Shown piece by piece: positions 28,420-36,452 of a stretch of DNA of 64,000 nucleotides. This DNA comes from a virus. Numbering within the stretch: position 1 is the stretch's first letter; every line of letters begins with the position of its first letter. Below the pieces are notes generated by a model. The model had not been told where the DNA came from. It did not search any database and worked only from the letters and a program-made list of their open reading frames with translations. The stretch covers positions 45,486-109,485 of IMG/VR virus record IMGVR_UViG_3300021471_000006; one strand, given 5' to 3'. The position numbers and the translations under genes were made by a program.

Positions 28420-28747
28420 TAGAAGCATAATTGATACTTTTTATGACTTTTATTTAACGGACAATATTTCTTCTCAAGAAACAGCTGAAACTGATAATAT
28501 TTTAAGTAAATTAACAGAGAAATACGGGCTTGCAAACATATATATAGATTTTGATTTAACACAAGAGATAATCAATATTACTTGCGTATCAAAAGAGAAT
28601 ACCGCTTATAAGACTGGGATAACAATGCGATTATATAATGAGGCGATGGACAAGATACATTTAATTGAGAACAGTATTAAAAAAGCTGTGCATTTTTTAG
28701 ACATTTCTAAAAAAATCTCTTGGAGAGAAATAATAGAGAGGCGATGA
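28394..28747 (+). CDS. Hypothetical protein with W-tag
   Basis: Ends KKISWREIIERR. Confidence 0.7.
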   Translation: MPEIYFTNDRSIIDTFYDFYLTDNISSQETAETDNILSKLTEKYGLANIYIDFDLTQEIINITCVSKENTAYKTGITMRLYNEAMDKIHLIENSIKKAVHFLDISKKISWREIIERR

Positions 28748-28750
28748 AAA

Positions 28751-28939
28751 GTGAAAGAAATACAATGTAAACACTATAAGGGAGATGGTTATGGATATGA
28801 AATAAGTAAGGAAGAAAAGTTATTTCTATGTAATCAATGCCACTTAAATCTAGTAAAGGAACTGTTTGGACAGGTGGCTATAGAATATTTCATATCAGAT
28901 TTCTTTAAAAACAAAGAGGTGAGAGAAAATTCTGATTAG
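28751..28939 (+). CDS. Small hypothetical protein
   Basis: CKH...CNQC. Confidence 0.55.
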   Translation: MKEIQCKHYKGDGYGYEISKEEKLFLCNQCHLNLVKELFGQVAIEYFISDFFKNKEVRENSD

Positions 28940-29312
28940 TTTTTTATTTAAACAAGATATAGAAAAGATATTAAACTGTGGATTTGTAAGATTTGAGGGG
29001 GACTTAGACTCGTCGAAGGGATTAACATTCGTTCTCGGTCAGTCCAAACCAATAAACCTTATAAATCTAGACGCTTTACAATGGAAAGGTCTTCTAACTC
29101 TTGGAGAAGATGTTTTTATTAACTCATTATCAAATACCATTATCCACGAGAACTGTCACGGAATAATAAAAACAAGTGAAATAGAGGGCAGAGTGACGTC
29201 GGATGGAGAAGAGAGAGTTTGTAGACTACTTGCAGAACAGGAAGAGATTAATGGGAACAAGGGCTCCGCCCATATAAAAGCGAAACATTTAAATAGTAGA
29301 AGTAACATTTAG
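28929..29312 (+). CDS. HExxH zincin-like protein with non-canonical (ATT or CTG) start (not in ORF track)
   Basis: 127-codon open frame; GAGGTGA RBS 6 nt before ATT; TIIHENCHG...EERV. Confidence 0.55.
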   Translation: MLISFLFKQDIEKILNCGFVRFEGDLDSSKGLTFVLGQSKPINLINLDALQWKGLLTLGEDVFINSLSNTIIHENCHGIIKTSEIEGRVTSDGEERVCRLLAEQEEINGNKGSAHIKAKHLNSRSNI

Positions 29313-29338
29313 TTCTATATTATATTGGGTTTAGGGCA

Positions 29339-29680
29339 ATGAAAGTCATATTAAACGAAAGTGATGTAAGAGACCTTATCGAGAAGAGTTTCGAGGGCGT
29401 CAAGAAAGTAGAGTTTAAATTTTCTGATAAAGATTTTGAAGTACATTTAGAAGTGGAAAAAGAAAAATTCTCAACAATTTCCACTAAAACGGGAGTTATA
29501 GTAGATAAAACCGTGAATGTGTTAACGGTTCCACAATTAAAAACAGTTAAAAAACAAATGACTTCTAAAGAACAAGACGCAGCCTTGGATAGGGCTGAGC
29601 GAGCTAATTTAGCCCAAAAAAGAAAGAAGAACGTTATGGTGAGCCGAGGCGAGGATAGACCATTGATTAATGTGGGGTAA
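29339..29680 (+). CDS. Hypothetical protein
   Basis: TATA at 29282-29295. Confidence 0.65.
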   Translation: MKVILNESDVRDLIEKSFEGVKKVEFKFSDKDFEVHLEVEKEKFSTISTKTGVIVDKTVNVLTVPQLKTVKKQMTSKEQDAALDRAERANLAQKRKKNVMVSRGEDRPLINVG

Positions 29681-29681
29681 A

Positions 29682-29993
29682 ATGGGTAGAAAACAAAAGC
29701 CAAGTACAAGAAAGAAGATTTCAAAGGCACTTATGGGTAAGAAGAATCCGGCTTATAAAGACGGTAGACGAAGCTATAGAAAGATAGCGAAAGCAAAACC
29801 CGGAGAGGCAGTACATCATAAAGACGGCGATAGACGAAATAATTCTCCGAGTAATTTGAAAAAATATAAAATAAAAGGAAAAAGCAGGTCTGAACACGAG
29901 AAGAAACATAACAGAGCCGCCAATTTTAGAGCTTCTGGCGGACGAAAAAAGAAACCCAGTGCATATAAAGCGAAACGTTTGAAGAAAAGGTGA
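29682..29993 (+). CDS. HNH endonuclease with NUMOD-like basic N-terminus
   Basis: RKKISKAL.G..NP; VHHKDGDRRNNSPSNL...EH...H. Confidence 0.75.
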   Translation: MGRKQKPSTRKKISKALMGKKNPAYKDGRRSYRKIAKAKPGEAVHHKDGDRRNNSPSNLKKYKIKGKSRSEHEKKHNRAANFRASGGRKKKPSAYKAKRLKKR

Positions 29994-30123
29994 GAATTAA
30001 TTTTCTCAACTCAGTATATTACGGAAAAACATTTTAAATTATTTACAGTTCTACCCTCCGTATAAGCGTGGCTCTAGAAGTACTAATCTTCTGGGGTCAC
30101 GTTTTTTTAGAGGTGGTAAGATA

Positions 30124-30435
30124 ATGGCAACAGATGAAGAAATTGAAAAACTAATAGAAGAGGAAATAAGATTGGCAAACGAAAAAGATATAACACAAGA
30201 AGATAGTATAGCAAAAGATATAGTAGAAGAACAGCTAGGTGGAATGGGATTTCTATGGGATACTGTTAATTCTAAACTAAAAAAAGACAGTATTTGTTAC
30301 TCTTGTAAGAAGCAAATAGACTTCTCAGGCAGTAAAGCCCATGTGAGAGAAGCCAGCGGAGTAGATAAAGGAGTTGTGGCATTTGTAAGCTTATGCGACG
30401 ACTGTCTAAAGAAATTGGAAAAAGGTGAGAAATAA
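30124..30435 (+). CDS. Zn-binding hypothetical protein
   Basis: CYSC...LCDDC. Confidence 0.65.
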   Translation: MATDEEIEKLIEEEIRLANEKDITQEDSIAKDIVEEQLGGMGFLWDTVNSKLKKDSICYSCKKQIDFSGSKAHVREASGVDKGVVAFVSLCDDCLKKLEKGEK

Positions 30436-30436
30436 A

Positions 30437-30997
30437 ATGGCAGATGAACAAGAAGTTAATCCAACTTTAGTCTTTAAGGATTTGCCCTTGATGGGAGACC
30501 CAATAAAGATTAGATTAGATTGTTTCGAGCCCGTAAAGACCGGAGAAAATAAATTTGGTAACTGGTATTTATGGTTTGGATATGTGGAGAACGCAACTGT
30601 ATGGAAAGGACGCAGACCACATCAGGAAAAAATAGAGAATTACAGTGGAAAGGTAATATTTTTTCCATCAGAGAAACTGAATGAAGAATTGATTGCGGCG
30701 GCTAATGGAAAGCTAGATGTAGAAGTTACAGTACAAAGACGAGCAGAAGAGGGCAGAAGGGGTTTAATAACTAAATACAAAGTAGAAAAGTTATCAAATG
30801 GAAGAGAGCCGATGAGTAGTTTAACTCCGGGCGAAGTCAAGTTATTAGAGAGTGTACAAAATCTTATAAATAGTGGAGTAGTAATAACAGAAGAAGACTT
30901 CATTAAAGCGGCTCAAGAACCAGAGTACGGCGGAAATATTAGTATACTGAGAAGCAAGCAACTATATGAGTACTTAATGAGTGACTCAACCAGCTAA
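30437..30997 (+). CDS. Hypothetical protein, possibly OB-fold ssDNA-binding
   Basis: Beta-rich with aromatic residues, in the replication module; function is inference. Confidence 0.45.
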   Translation: MADEQEVNPTLVFKDLPLMGDPIKIRLDCFEPVKTGENKFGNWYLWFGYVENATVWKGRRPHQEKIENYSGKVIFFPSEKLNEELIAAANGKLDVEVTVQRRAEEGRRGLITKYKVEKLSNGREPMSSLTPGEVKLLESVQNLINSGVVITEEDFIKAAQEPEYGGNISILRSKQLYEYLMSDSTS

Positions 30998-31262
30998 GGT
31001 TGATACTATGGGATATCTCGATGAGCTTAAGAAGAAATACGAGAGTGAACCCAAGACTGTTCCTCTGGAAAAAATCCTTAGAAAGGAGGGCTATATATGG
31101 GTTAATATGCTCATAAGATATGACCTCACCGGTAAAGCAGAAATTGTGAGAGTCTTCTCACAACCAGCAAAACAGTCAATGATTAAAACTGTTAAAAAAG
31201 AGAAAAAAACATCTAAAGTAATTAAAATTGAGAAACCAGAGGAGACAAAATCATTATTTTAA
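30981..31262 (+). CDS. Hypothetical protein
   Basis: Operonic ORF. Confidence 0.6.
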   Translation: MTQPAKVDTMGYLDELKKKYESEPKTVPLEKILRKEGYIWVNMLIRYDLTGKAEIVRVFSQPAKQSMIKTVKKEKKTSKVIKIEKPEETKSLF

Positions 31263-31263
31263 A

Positions 31264-31779
31264 ATGAAAATTTACACAAGAACCGGAGATAGAGGAGTTA
31301 CATCAACATTGAGTGGACAGCGAATACCGAAAGATGATTGTCTAATAAAAGTAAACGGCGAACTAGACGAACTACAAACACAAATAGATAAAGTTATTTC
31401 TTATATGAAGAGGTCAGTTTCTTTTGCTGAAACATTAGTTCAGCTTGAAAGAATACGAACTCTTCTCTGGCAATTGGGTGGAGAGATTTCTTTTGGTGAG
31501 AGAAACAACCTAGTTAAGCAGCCGATAATGAAATACGATGTCAAAGATTTAGAAAACTGGATAGATAACTTTAATCTAGAAATTAAGGGTTTTCAGAGGT
31601 TCTATAATCCTATTGCAATAGAAATAAACGAAGCTAGAGTGCGTACAAGGCGTTTAGAACGCACACTCACCAAGTATCTTAGAAAGAGAATTCTAAGAAT
31701 AGAAGTTTATATGTATCTAAATAGACTTAGTGACTATTTCTTTACACTGGCTGTAGCAATAGAAAACATAACAAAATAA
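31264..31779 (+). CDS. pduO: PduO-type ATP:cob(I)alamin adenosyltransferase
   Basis: MKIYTRTGDRG.T, G.LDEL, AR...RR.ER, YLNRLSDYFF. Confidence 0.92.
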   Translation: MKIYTRTGDRGVTSTLSGQRIPKDDCLIKVNGELDELQTQIDKVISYMKRSVSFAETLVQLERIRTLLWQLGGEISFGERNNLVKQPIMKYDVKDLENWIDNFNLEIKGFQRFYNPIAIEINEARVRTRRLERTLTKYLRKRILRIEVYMYLNRLSDYFFTLAVAIENITK

Positions 31780-31790
31780 GAGGTGAGACA

Positions 31791-32960
31791 ATGGACGAAT
31801 TAGAATTTATCTTTCATAACGACTGTATGGCTAAATTTAATCAGAGATTGTATTCCGGCATATTTACTGATGAAAATATAGTCAGCCCCAAGAAAGCAAT
31901 TAAAGTAAATGGAAGCAAATATTACGGTTATTTTCTTGAAAAAGGTAAAGAGAAATTTTTTGCTTTAAGTGAATTGGTTGAACGCCTTCCATTTAGAGTT
32001 ATGAATTCTGTAGAGACAGATTATAGAAATGACGTATTTAAAATAATTTCAAAAGTTGACCCCATTTCAATTCCATCCGAAAAGAGAATGGAATTTAGAA
32101 AACTAATAGATGTTATGCCCAAATTTAGACACACTAACCCTACTCACTGGACTCTGTATAAAATAGTATCTACTGCGGCATATGTAGACAGAATAAACAC
32201 AAGAATTTCTACTGATGCGGGATTTGGAAAAGATTCTGTAATAGCAATAATAGGGGGACTCGTTGATTCGACGGCTAACTTATATGGTGCAACCTTTGCA
32301 AAATTAGAATATGTGCTTACCAATAAGTTAATAGTTCTAAACGAGTTAGGTAATCTAAAGAAGGACGAACTTATAAATATGCAGGAATTTCTGTTAGCTA
32401 CTGGAGCTTTCTTTAATACTTATTTAAAGCGGTCTAGAAAAACGAATACGACGCAAGAACAATACGATATTAGTAATTTAAGTTTGTTGCTTTTTTATAA
32501 TCTTCCTAGTTATTATGTTAACAAGGCACAAGAATATTTTGACCAGATGTTTACAAAAGCAGTTATCAATCGTTTCATTCCTTTTACTTTTGAAGGGCAA
32601 CTAACTACTAAATTTGAGACATTATTAGATATCGACTATCTTGTAGAAAAATATGAGTCTTTATATAAAGACTGTATTGCAACACTAAATTACTTTAGAG
32701 AGAACAAAGTTAAAGAAATAAAATATAATGTGGATAGGTCGACCATCTATTTTCCAAAAGAGTTAATGAGATATTCAAGAACTTTCAATGTAATACTTAA
32801 ATACATATCTGAGTATTCTAAAGACCAAAAGGAATTTGATGTCTTGTCTAAAGAACTTTACAAATGTTATCTAAAATATAATACTCTAATAGAGGATAAA
32901 ACACAAATAGATAAACTTGTTACAGCCTTAGAAAAGGGGGCGGAGATTGAAATAAAATGA
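31791..32960 (+). CDS. Divergent MCM-like AAA+ ATPase/helicase
   Basis: Walker A DAGFGKDS, altered Walker B IVLNE, AVINRF arginine finger; in the replication cluster. Confidence 0.55.
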   Translation: MDELEFIFHNDCMAKFNQRLYSGIFTDENIVSPKKAIKVNGSKYYGYFLEKGKEKFFALSELVERLPFRVMNSVETDYRNDVFKIISKVDPISIPSEKRMEFRKLIDVMPKFRHTNPTHWTLYKIVSTAAYVDRINTRISTDAGFGKDSVIAIIGGLVDSTANLYGATFAKLEYVLTNKLIVLNELGNLKKDELINMQEFLLATGAFFNTYLKRSRKTNTTQEQYDISNLSLLLFYNLPSYYVNKAQEYFDQMFTKAVINRFIPFTFEGQLTTKFETLLDIDYLVEKYESLYKDCIATLNYFRENKVKEIKYNVDRSTIYFPKELMRYSRTFNVILKYISEYSKDQKEFDVLSKELYKCYLKYNTLIEDKTQIDKLVTALEKGAEIEIK

Positions 32961-33211
32961 CAAAGAAAACAACATACAGCCAAGTGGTCAAGGATATTAA
33001 GTCAGCAAAAGAGTTTTGTGATTTAAACAAGATAACGCCAGAGATGGTAATAGTTGTGTGGAATGAATGACAAAAAAAGAACTTAACGGAGTTGGGGTTA
33101 GAATGAACCTGAGACCTACGAGCATAACAGATTCAAACGGATTGGCGTATTTTGAAAGGTGCAAGAGTAATATATTCAAAGAAAGATGGCTGTAACTGAT
33201 AAGAAAGAAAA

Positions 33212-33436
33212 ATGACAGAACTAAAAACATTGAAAGATTTGTATCTTGGCGCTATTGGTATAAATTTAAAAGAAGCAATAAGAAAAGAATTAAAACAAGA
33301 AGCGATAAAGTGGATAAAATATTATAGAGAAAGAAGCAAGAGGCACGATTTGCCTGTTTTTGAAAGACCCATTTGTAAAAGGGTTGCAGATGTTTTTGAA
33401 ACTTTTTTCAACATAACAGAGGAAGATTTGAAATGA
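33212..33436 (+). CDS. Small conserved viral-type hypothetical protein
   Basis: LKTLKDL...ELKQEAIKWIK...FFNITEEDLK. Confidence 0.65.
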   Translation: MTELKTLKDLYLGAIGINLKEAIRKELKQEAIKWIKYYRERSKRHDLPVFERPICKRVADVFETFFNITEEDLK

Positions 33437-34362
33437 ATGAACTATTAGAATTAAAAGGGTTGGGCGAGGCAACCTTAAAAAAACTCGATGACGCTGGCAT
33501 ATCTACTCTTATGGCTCTAGCAGTAAGTAATCCAGCAGAGGTTGCAGTAACTGCAGGCATTAGTGAGAGTATAGCTAGAAAACTTATACGACAAGCTAGG
33601 GATGGACTTAAGTTAGGTTTTGAGAAGGCAAAAGAATTTGCAAAGAAACGAGATTTAATTAAGAAGATTGGAATTGGCTGTTCTGGCTTCGACAATATTT
33701 TAGATGGGGGATTTGAGTCGGGAGCAATTACTGAAGTTTCTGGAAGAGACGGAACAGGTAAGACACAACTAGCACATTTACTTGTAGTAAGGGCATTAAA
33801 AGAGAGTCCAGAGAACAAAGCTATTTTTTTGGATACTGAAAATACTTTTAGAGGCGACAGAATAGCAGATTTTGCAATAGCTAACGAACTAGACCCAAAT
33901 GAAGTAATGGAACGCATTTATGTGGCTAGAGCATACAATTCAGACCATCAGATATTATTAGTAGACGAGATAGAAAAAATGTTGCAAAAAGACGACACAT
34001 TCAGAGTTTTGGTGGTAGACTCACTTACTTCTCACTTCAGAGCAGAATATATAGGGAGAGGCACATTAGCAGGACGACAGCAACTTCTTAATAAGCACAT
34101 GCACCATTTACTTAGACTAGCAGACTTGTATAATTTAGTAGTGCTCTGTACTAATCAGGTCATGAGTGACCCAGGACAATTTTATGGAGACCCAATTAAG
34201 CCTATAGGTGGAAATATTGTAGGCCATAACGCAACATTCAGAATTTATCTAAGACCCGGAAAGGCTGGAAGCACTTACGCTAAACTTGTGGAAAGTCCAA
34301 ATCTGCCACAGGCCGATTGTAATTTTTTAATTACTAAAAACGGCTTTGAGAACGTGAAATAA
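33433..34362 (+). CDS. radA: DNA repair and recombination protein RadA
   Basis: N-terminal HhH, G..GTGKTQ, DTENTFR, RAYNSDHQ, VDSLTSHFRAEY.GRG.L..RQQ. Confidence 0.96.
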   Translation: MNELLELKGLGEATLKKLDDAGISTLMALAVSNPAEVAVTAGISESIARKLIRQARDGLKLGFEKAKEFAKKRDLIKKIGIGCSGFDNILDGGFESGAITEVSGRDGTGKTQLAHLLVVRALKESPENKAIFLDTENTFRGDRIADFAIANELDPNEVMERIYVARAYNSDHQILLVDEIEKMLQKDDTFRVLVVDSLTSHFRAEYIGRGTLAGRQQLLNKHMHHLLRLADLYNLVVLCTNQVMSDPGQFYGDPIKPIGGNIVGHNATFRIYLRPGKAGSTYAKLVESPNLPQADCNFLITKNGFENVK

Positions 34363-34363
34363 A

Positions 34364-34576
34364 ATGGAACTTGATTATAAATTTTGGAAAGAATATTATG
34401 AATCTGATTTAATAGGAAGACTTAATAAAATAAAACCTATAGTAGAGAACATAGAGAAAGCTTTATACATTAAAGACAAGATACTCAGAAAAAACGCTTT
34501 AACTACAATACTAAATGGTTACTTTGAAGATTTAGTAAACTTTATGTTGGGCGAGGCAAGAAGAGAAACAAAATGA
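34364..34576 (+). CDS. Small helical protein, paralog of 25191..25394
   Basis: Shared NIEK / ILNGYFEDL. Confidence 0.7.
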   Translation: MELDYKFWKEYYESDLIGRLNKIKPIVENIEKALYIKDKILRKNALTTILNGYFEDLVNFMLGEARRETK

Positions 34577-34601
34577 AATGTAAAGTAAGAGGAGATGCGT
34601 A

Positions 34602-35309
34602 ATGAAAATAAAAAGAGAAATATTAGAAGCCTTCTTAACGAAAGCTAGTCTAAATAAAAGAATAAAAACAATAAACTTAGACTTTACTGAAGAGGGAGTA
34701 AAGTCAGCAGTAATGGACACCTCTCAGATAGCAGTAACCTTTACCAGTCTTTCTAAAGAGGCTTTTGAAGAATATAAGGCTTTTGGAGAGATATATATTA
34801 AGAACTCAGAGCAACTATTAAATTACGTTAAGAGTTTCGGTGATATAATAGCGATAGAGAGAATAGGAGATTATAAACTTAAGTTATCTGGAAACGGAAG
34901 AGAAGTGTTTCTTATGCTTGGAGCAAAGATAGTATGTGATAACAAGTATGAGAAACCAGAACCCAAACTAGACTGGAAGACAACATTAGCAATAGATAAG
35001 CAAGTGCTCTATCGGCCTATACAAGATATGAGAGTTCTGGAAACGAATTGGATTAACATAACTGTAAAAGATAAAGAACTAATCTTACAGGTTGGAGACA
35101 TTGATGAAGCAGATTACACTAAACAAACTACTGAGGCTCCAGAAGGAGAAGGACAAATTAAACTTGGTGAGCTAATAGTAGATTTTTACAATTCTGTAGA
35201 AGACAAATTCACTATGAGTATAGGAAACAATATACCTGTATTGTTAAAAGAATCAACTGAATTTATAGACTTCACTTGTGTGATTGCACCGATAGTATCG
35301 GTGGAGTAA
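34602..35309 (+). CDS. pcn: PCNA sliding clamp
   Basis: 235 aa; F.EEG....MD.S.IA...L...F.EY; C-terminal IAP; next to RFC. Confidence 0.85.
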   Translation: MKIKREILEAFLTKASLNKRIKTINLDFTEEGVKSAVMDTSQIAVTFTSLSKEAFEEYKAFGEIYIKNSEQLLNYVKSFGDIIAIERIGDYKLKLSGNGREVFLMLGAKIVCDNKYEKPEPKLDWKTTLAIDKQVLYRPIQDMRVLETNWINITVKDKELILQVGDIDEADYTKQTTEAPEGEGQIKLGELIVDFYNSVEDKFTMSIGNNIPVLLKESTEFIDFTCVIAPIVSVE

Positions 35310-35311
35310 AA

Positions 35312-36244
35312 ATGAACATTCCGTGGATTGAAAAATATAGACCTAGAGAATTTAATGAGGTTGTGGGCTTAAACACCGAAATTCTCAAGTTCAATGAGAT
35401 AATCAAGAAGCCTATGGAAATGCCAAACTTGATGTTTGTCGGTCCCCAAGGAACTGGAAAGACTAGTGTAGTAAAGATTATACTAGATAAACTAGCTCCT
35501 ATAGACGTGAAGCGAATTAACGGCAGTGATACAACTGGAGTAGACACGATTAGAAATGTAGTCTACAACTTTATAACTTCGATGTCTACAGAGCCAGATA
35601 AGCCCAAAATAGTTTGGATAGAAGAGTTTGACTTTATGAGCGATTCGGCATTTGCGGCACTGAGAGCTATGATGGAACAGTACATCAAGAATGCAAGATT
35701 TATAGTGACTTGCAACTATCCAGATAAGATTCCTGAACCTATAAGGTCTAGATTTGCAGAATTTAAATTCAATCCAGTAGCTAGTCAAGATATGTATTTC
35801 AAACTTGAAGAAATAAAGAATGCAGAAAGGGTGACTATTAGCCACGAAGCTTTGCTGAAACTGGTTCAGAAAAGTAGAGGAGATTTAAGAAGAGCGATTA
35901 ATACTCTTCAAGAGCTGTCAGCTAATGAATTAAATATTGTAAGCGATAAAGCAGTAGAGGAACTAGAAAGTCTTGCTACAAGAATCTATAATCTTATACT
36001 AAATCATGACTGGAGTAAAATAAGGTACGAAATACCACAAGAGTATCCAGATTATGATAATTTACTTGTGGAACTAGATGAATTATTTTTTCAATCAGAC
36101 CTTCCAACATATGTTAAGGCAAACATTAATGAAATCATAGCAGAAGGACAGTTTGAAATGGCATTTAGTTTTAATAAAGATATTTGCTTTGCGGCTATAG
36201 CAAGTAGATTAATAAAAGAGTTAGGAAGAATGAAAAATGCTTAA
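35312..36244 (+). CDS. rfcS: Replication factor C small subunit (clamp loader)
   Basis: PWIEKYRP, GPQGTGKT, IRSR, GDLRRAIN.LQ. Confidence 0.95.
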   Translation: MNIPWIEKYRPREFNEVVGLNTEILKFNEIIKKPMEMPNLMFVGPQGTGKTSVVKIILDKLAPIDVKRINGSDTTGVDTIRNVVYNFITSMSTEPDKPKIVWIEEFDFMSDSAFAALRAMMEQYIKNARFIVTCNYPDKIPEPIRSRFAEFKFNPVASQDMYFKLEEIKNAERVTISHEALLKLVQKSRGDLRRAINTLQELSANELNIVSDKAVEELESLATRIYNLILNHDWSKIRYEIPQEYPDYDNLLVELDELFFQSDLPTYVKANINEIIAEGQFEMAFSFNKDICFAAIASRLIKELGRMKNA

Positions 36245-36449
36245 AGACTTAGAGAAAAGAATAATTGAAATGCTAGAGGATGACACTTGTAACTTTAGAG
36301 CACAGTGTGTAGCACAAGAATATGTTACAGAAACGGGGTGTAAAATATACCATCCAACTTGTCCACTATTTAAAGAATATATAAACAGGTATATACAATC
36401 CCAGATGGATAATTACATACGGAGAATAACTAAGAATGGGGAGAAATAA
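36237..36449 (+). CDS. Small hypothetical protein
   Basis: Operonic ORF with Cys residues. Confidence 0.55.
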   Translation: MLKDLEKRIIEMLEDDTCNFRAQCVAQEYVTETGCKIYHPTCPLFKEYINRYIQSQMDNYIRRITKNGEK

Positions 36450-36452
36450 AAA

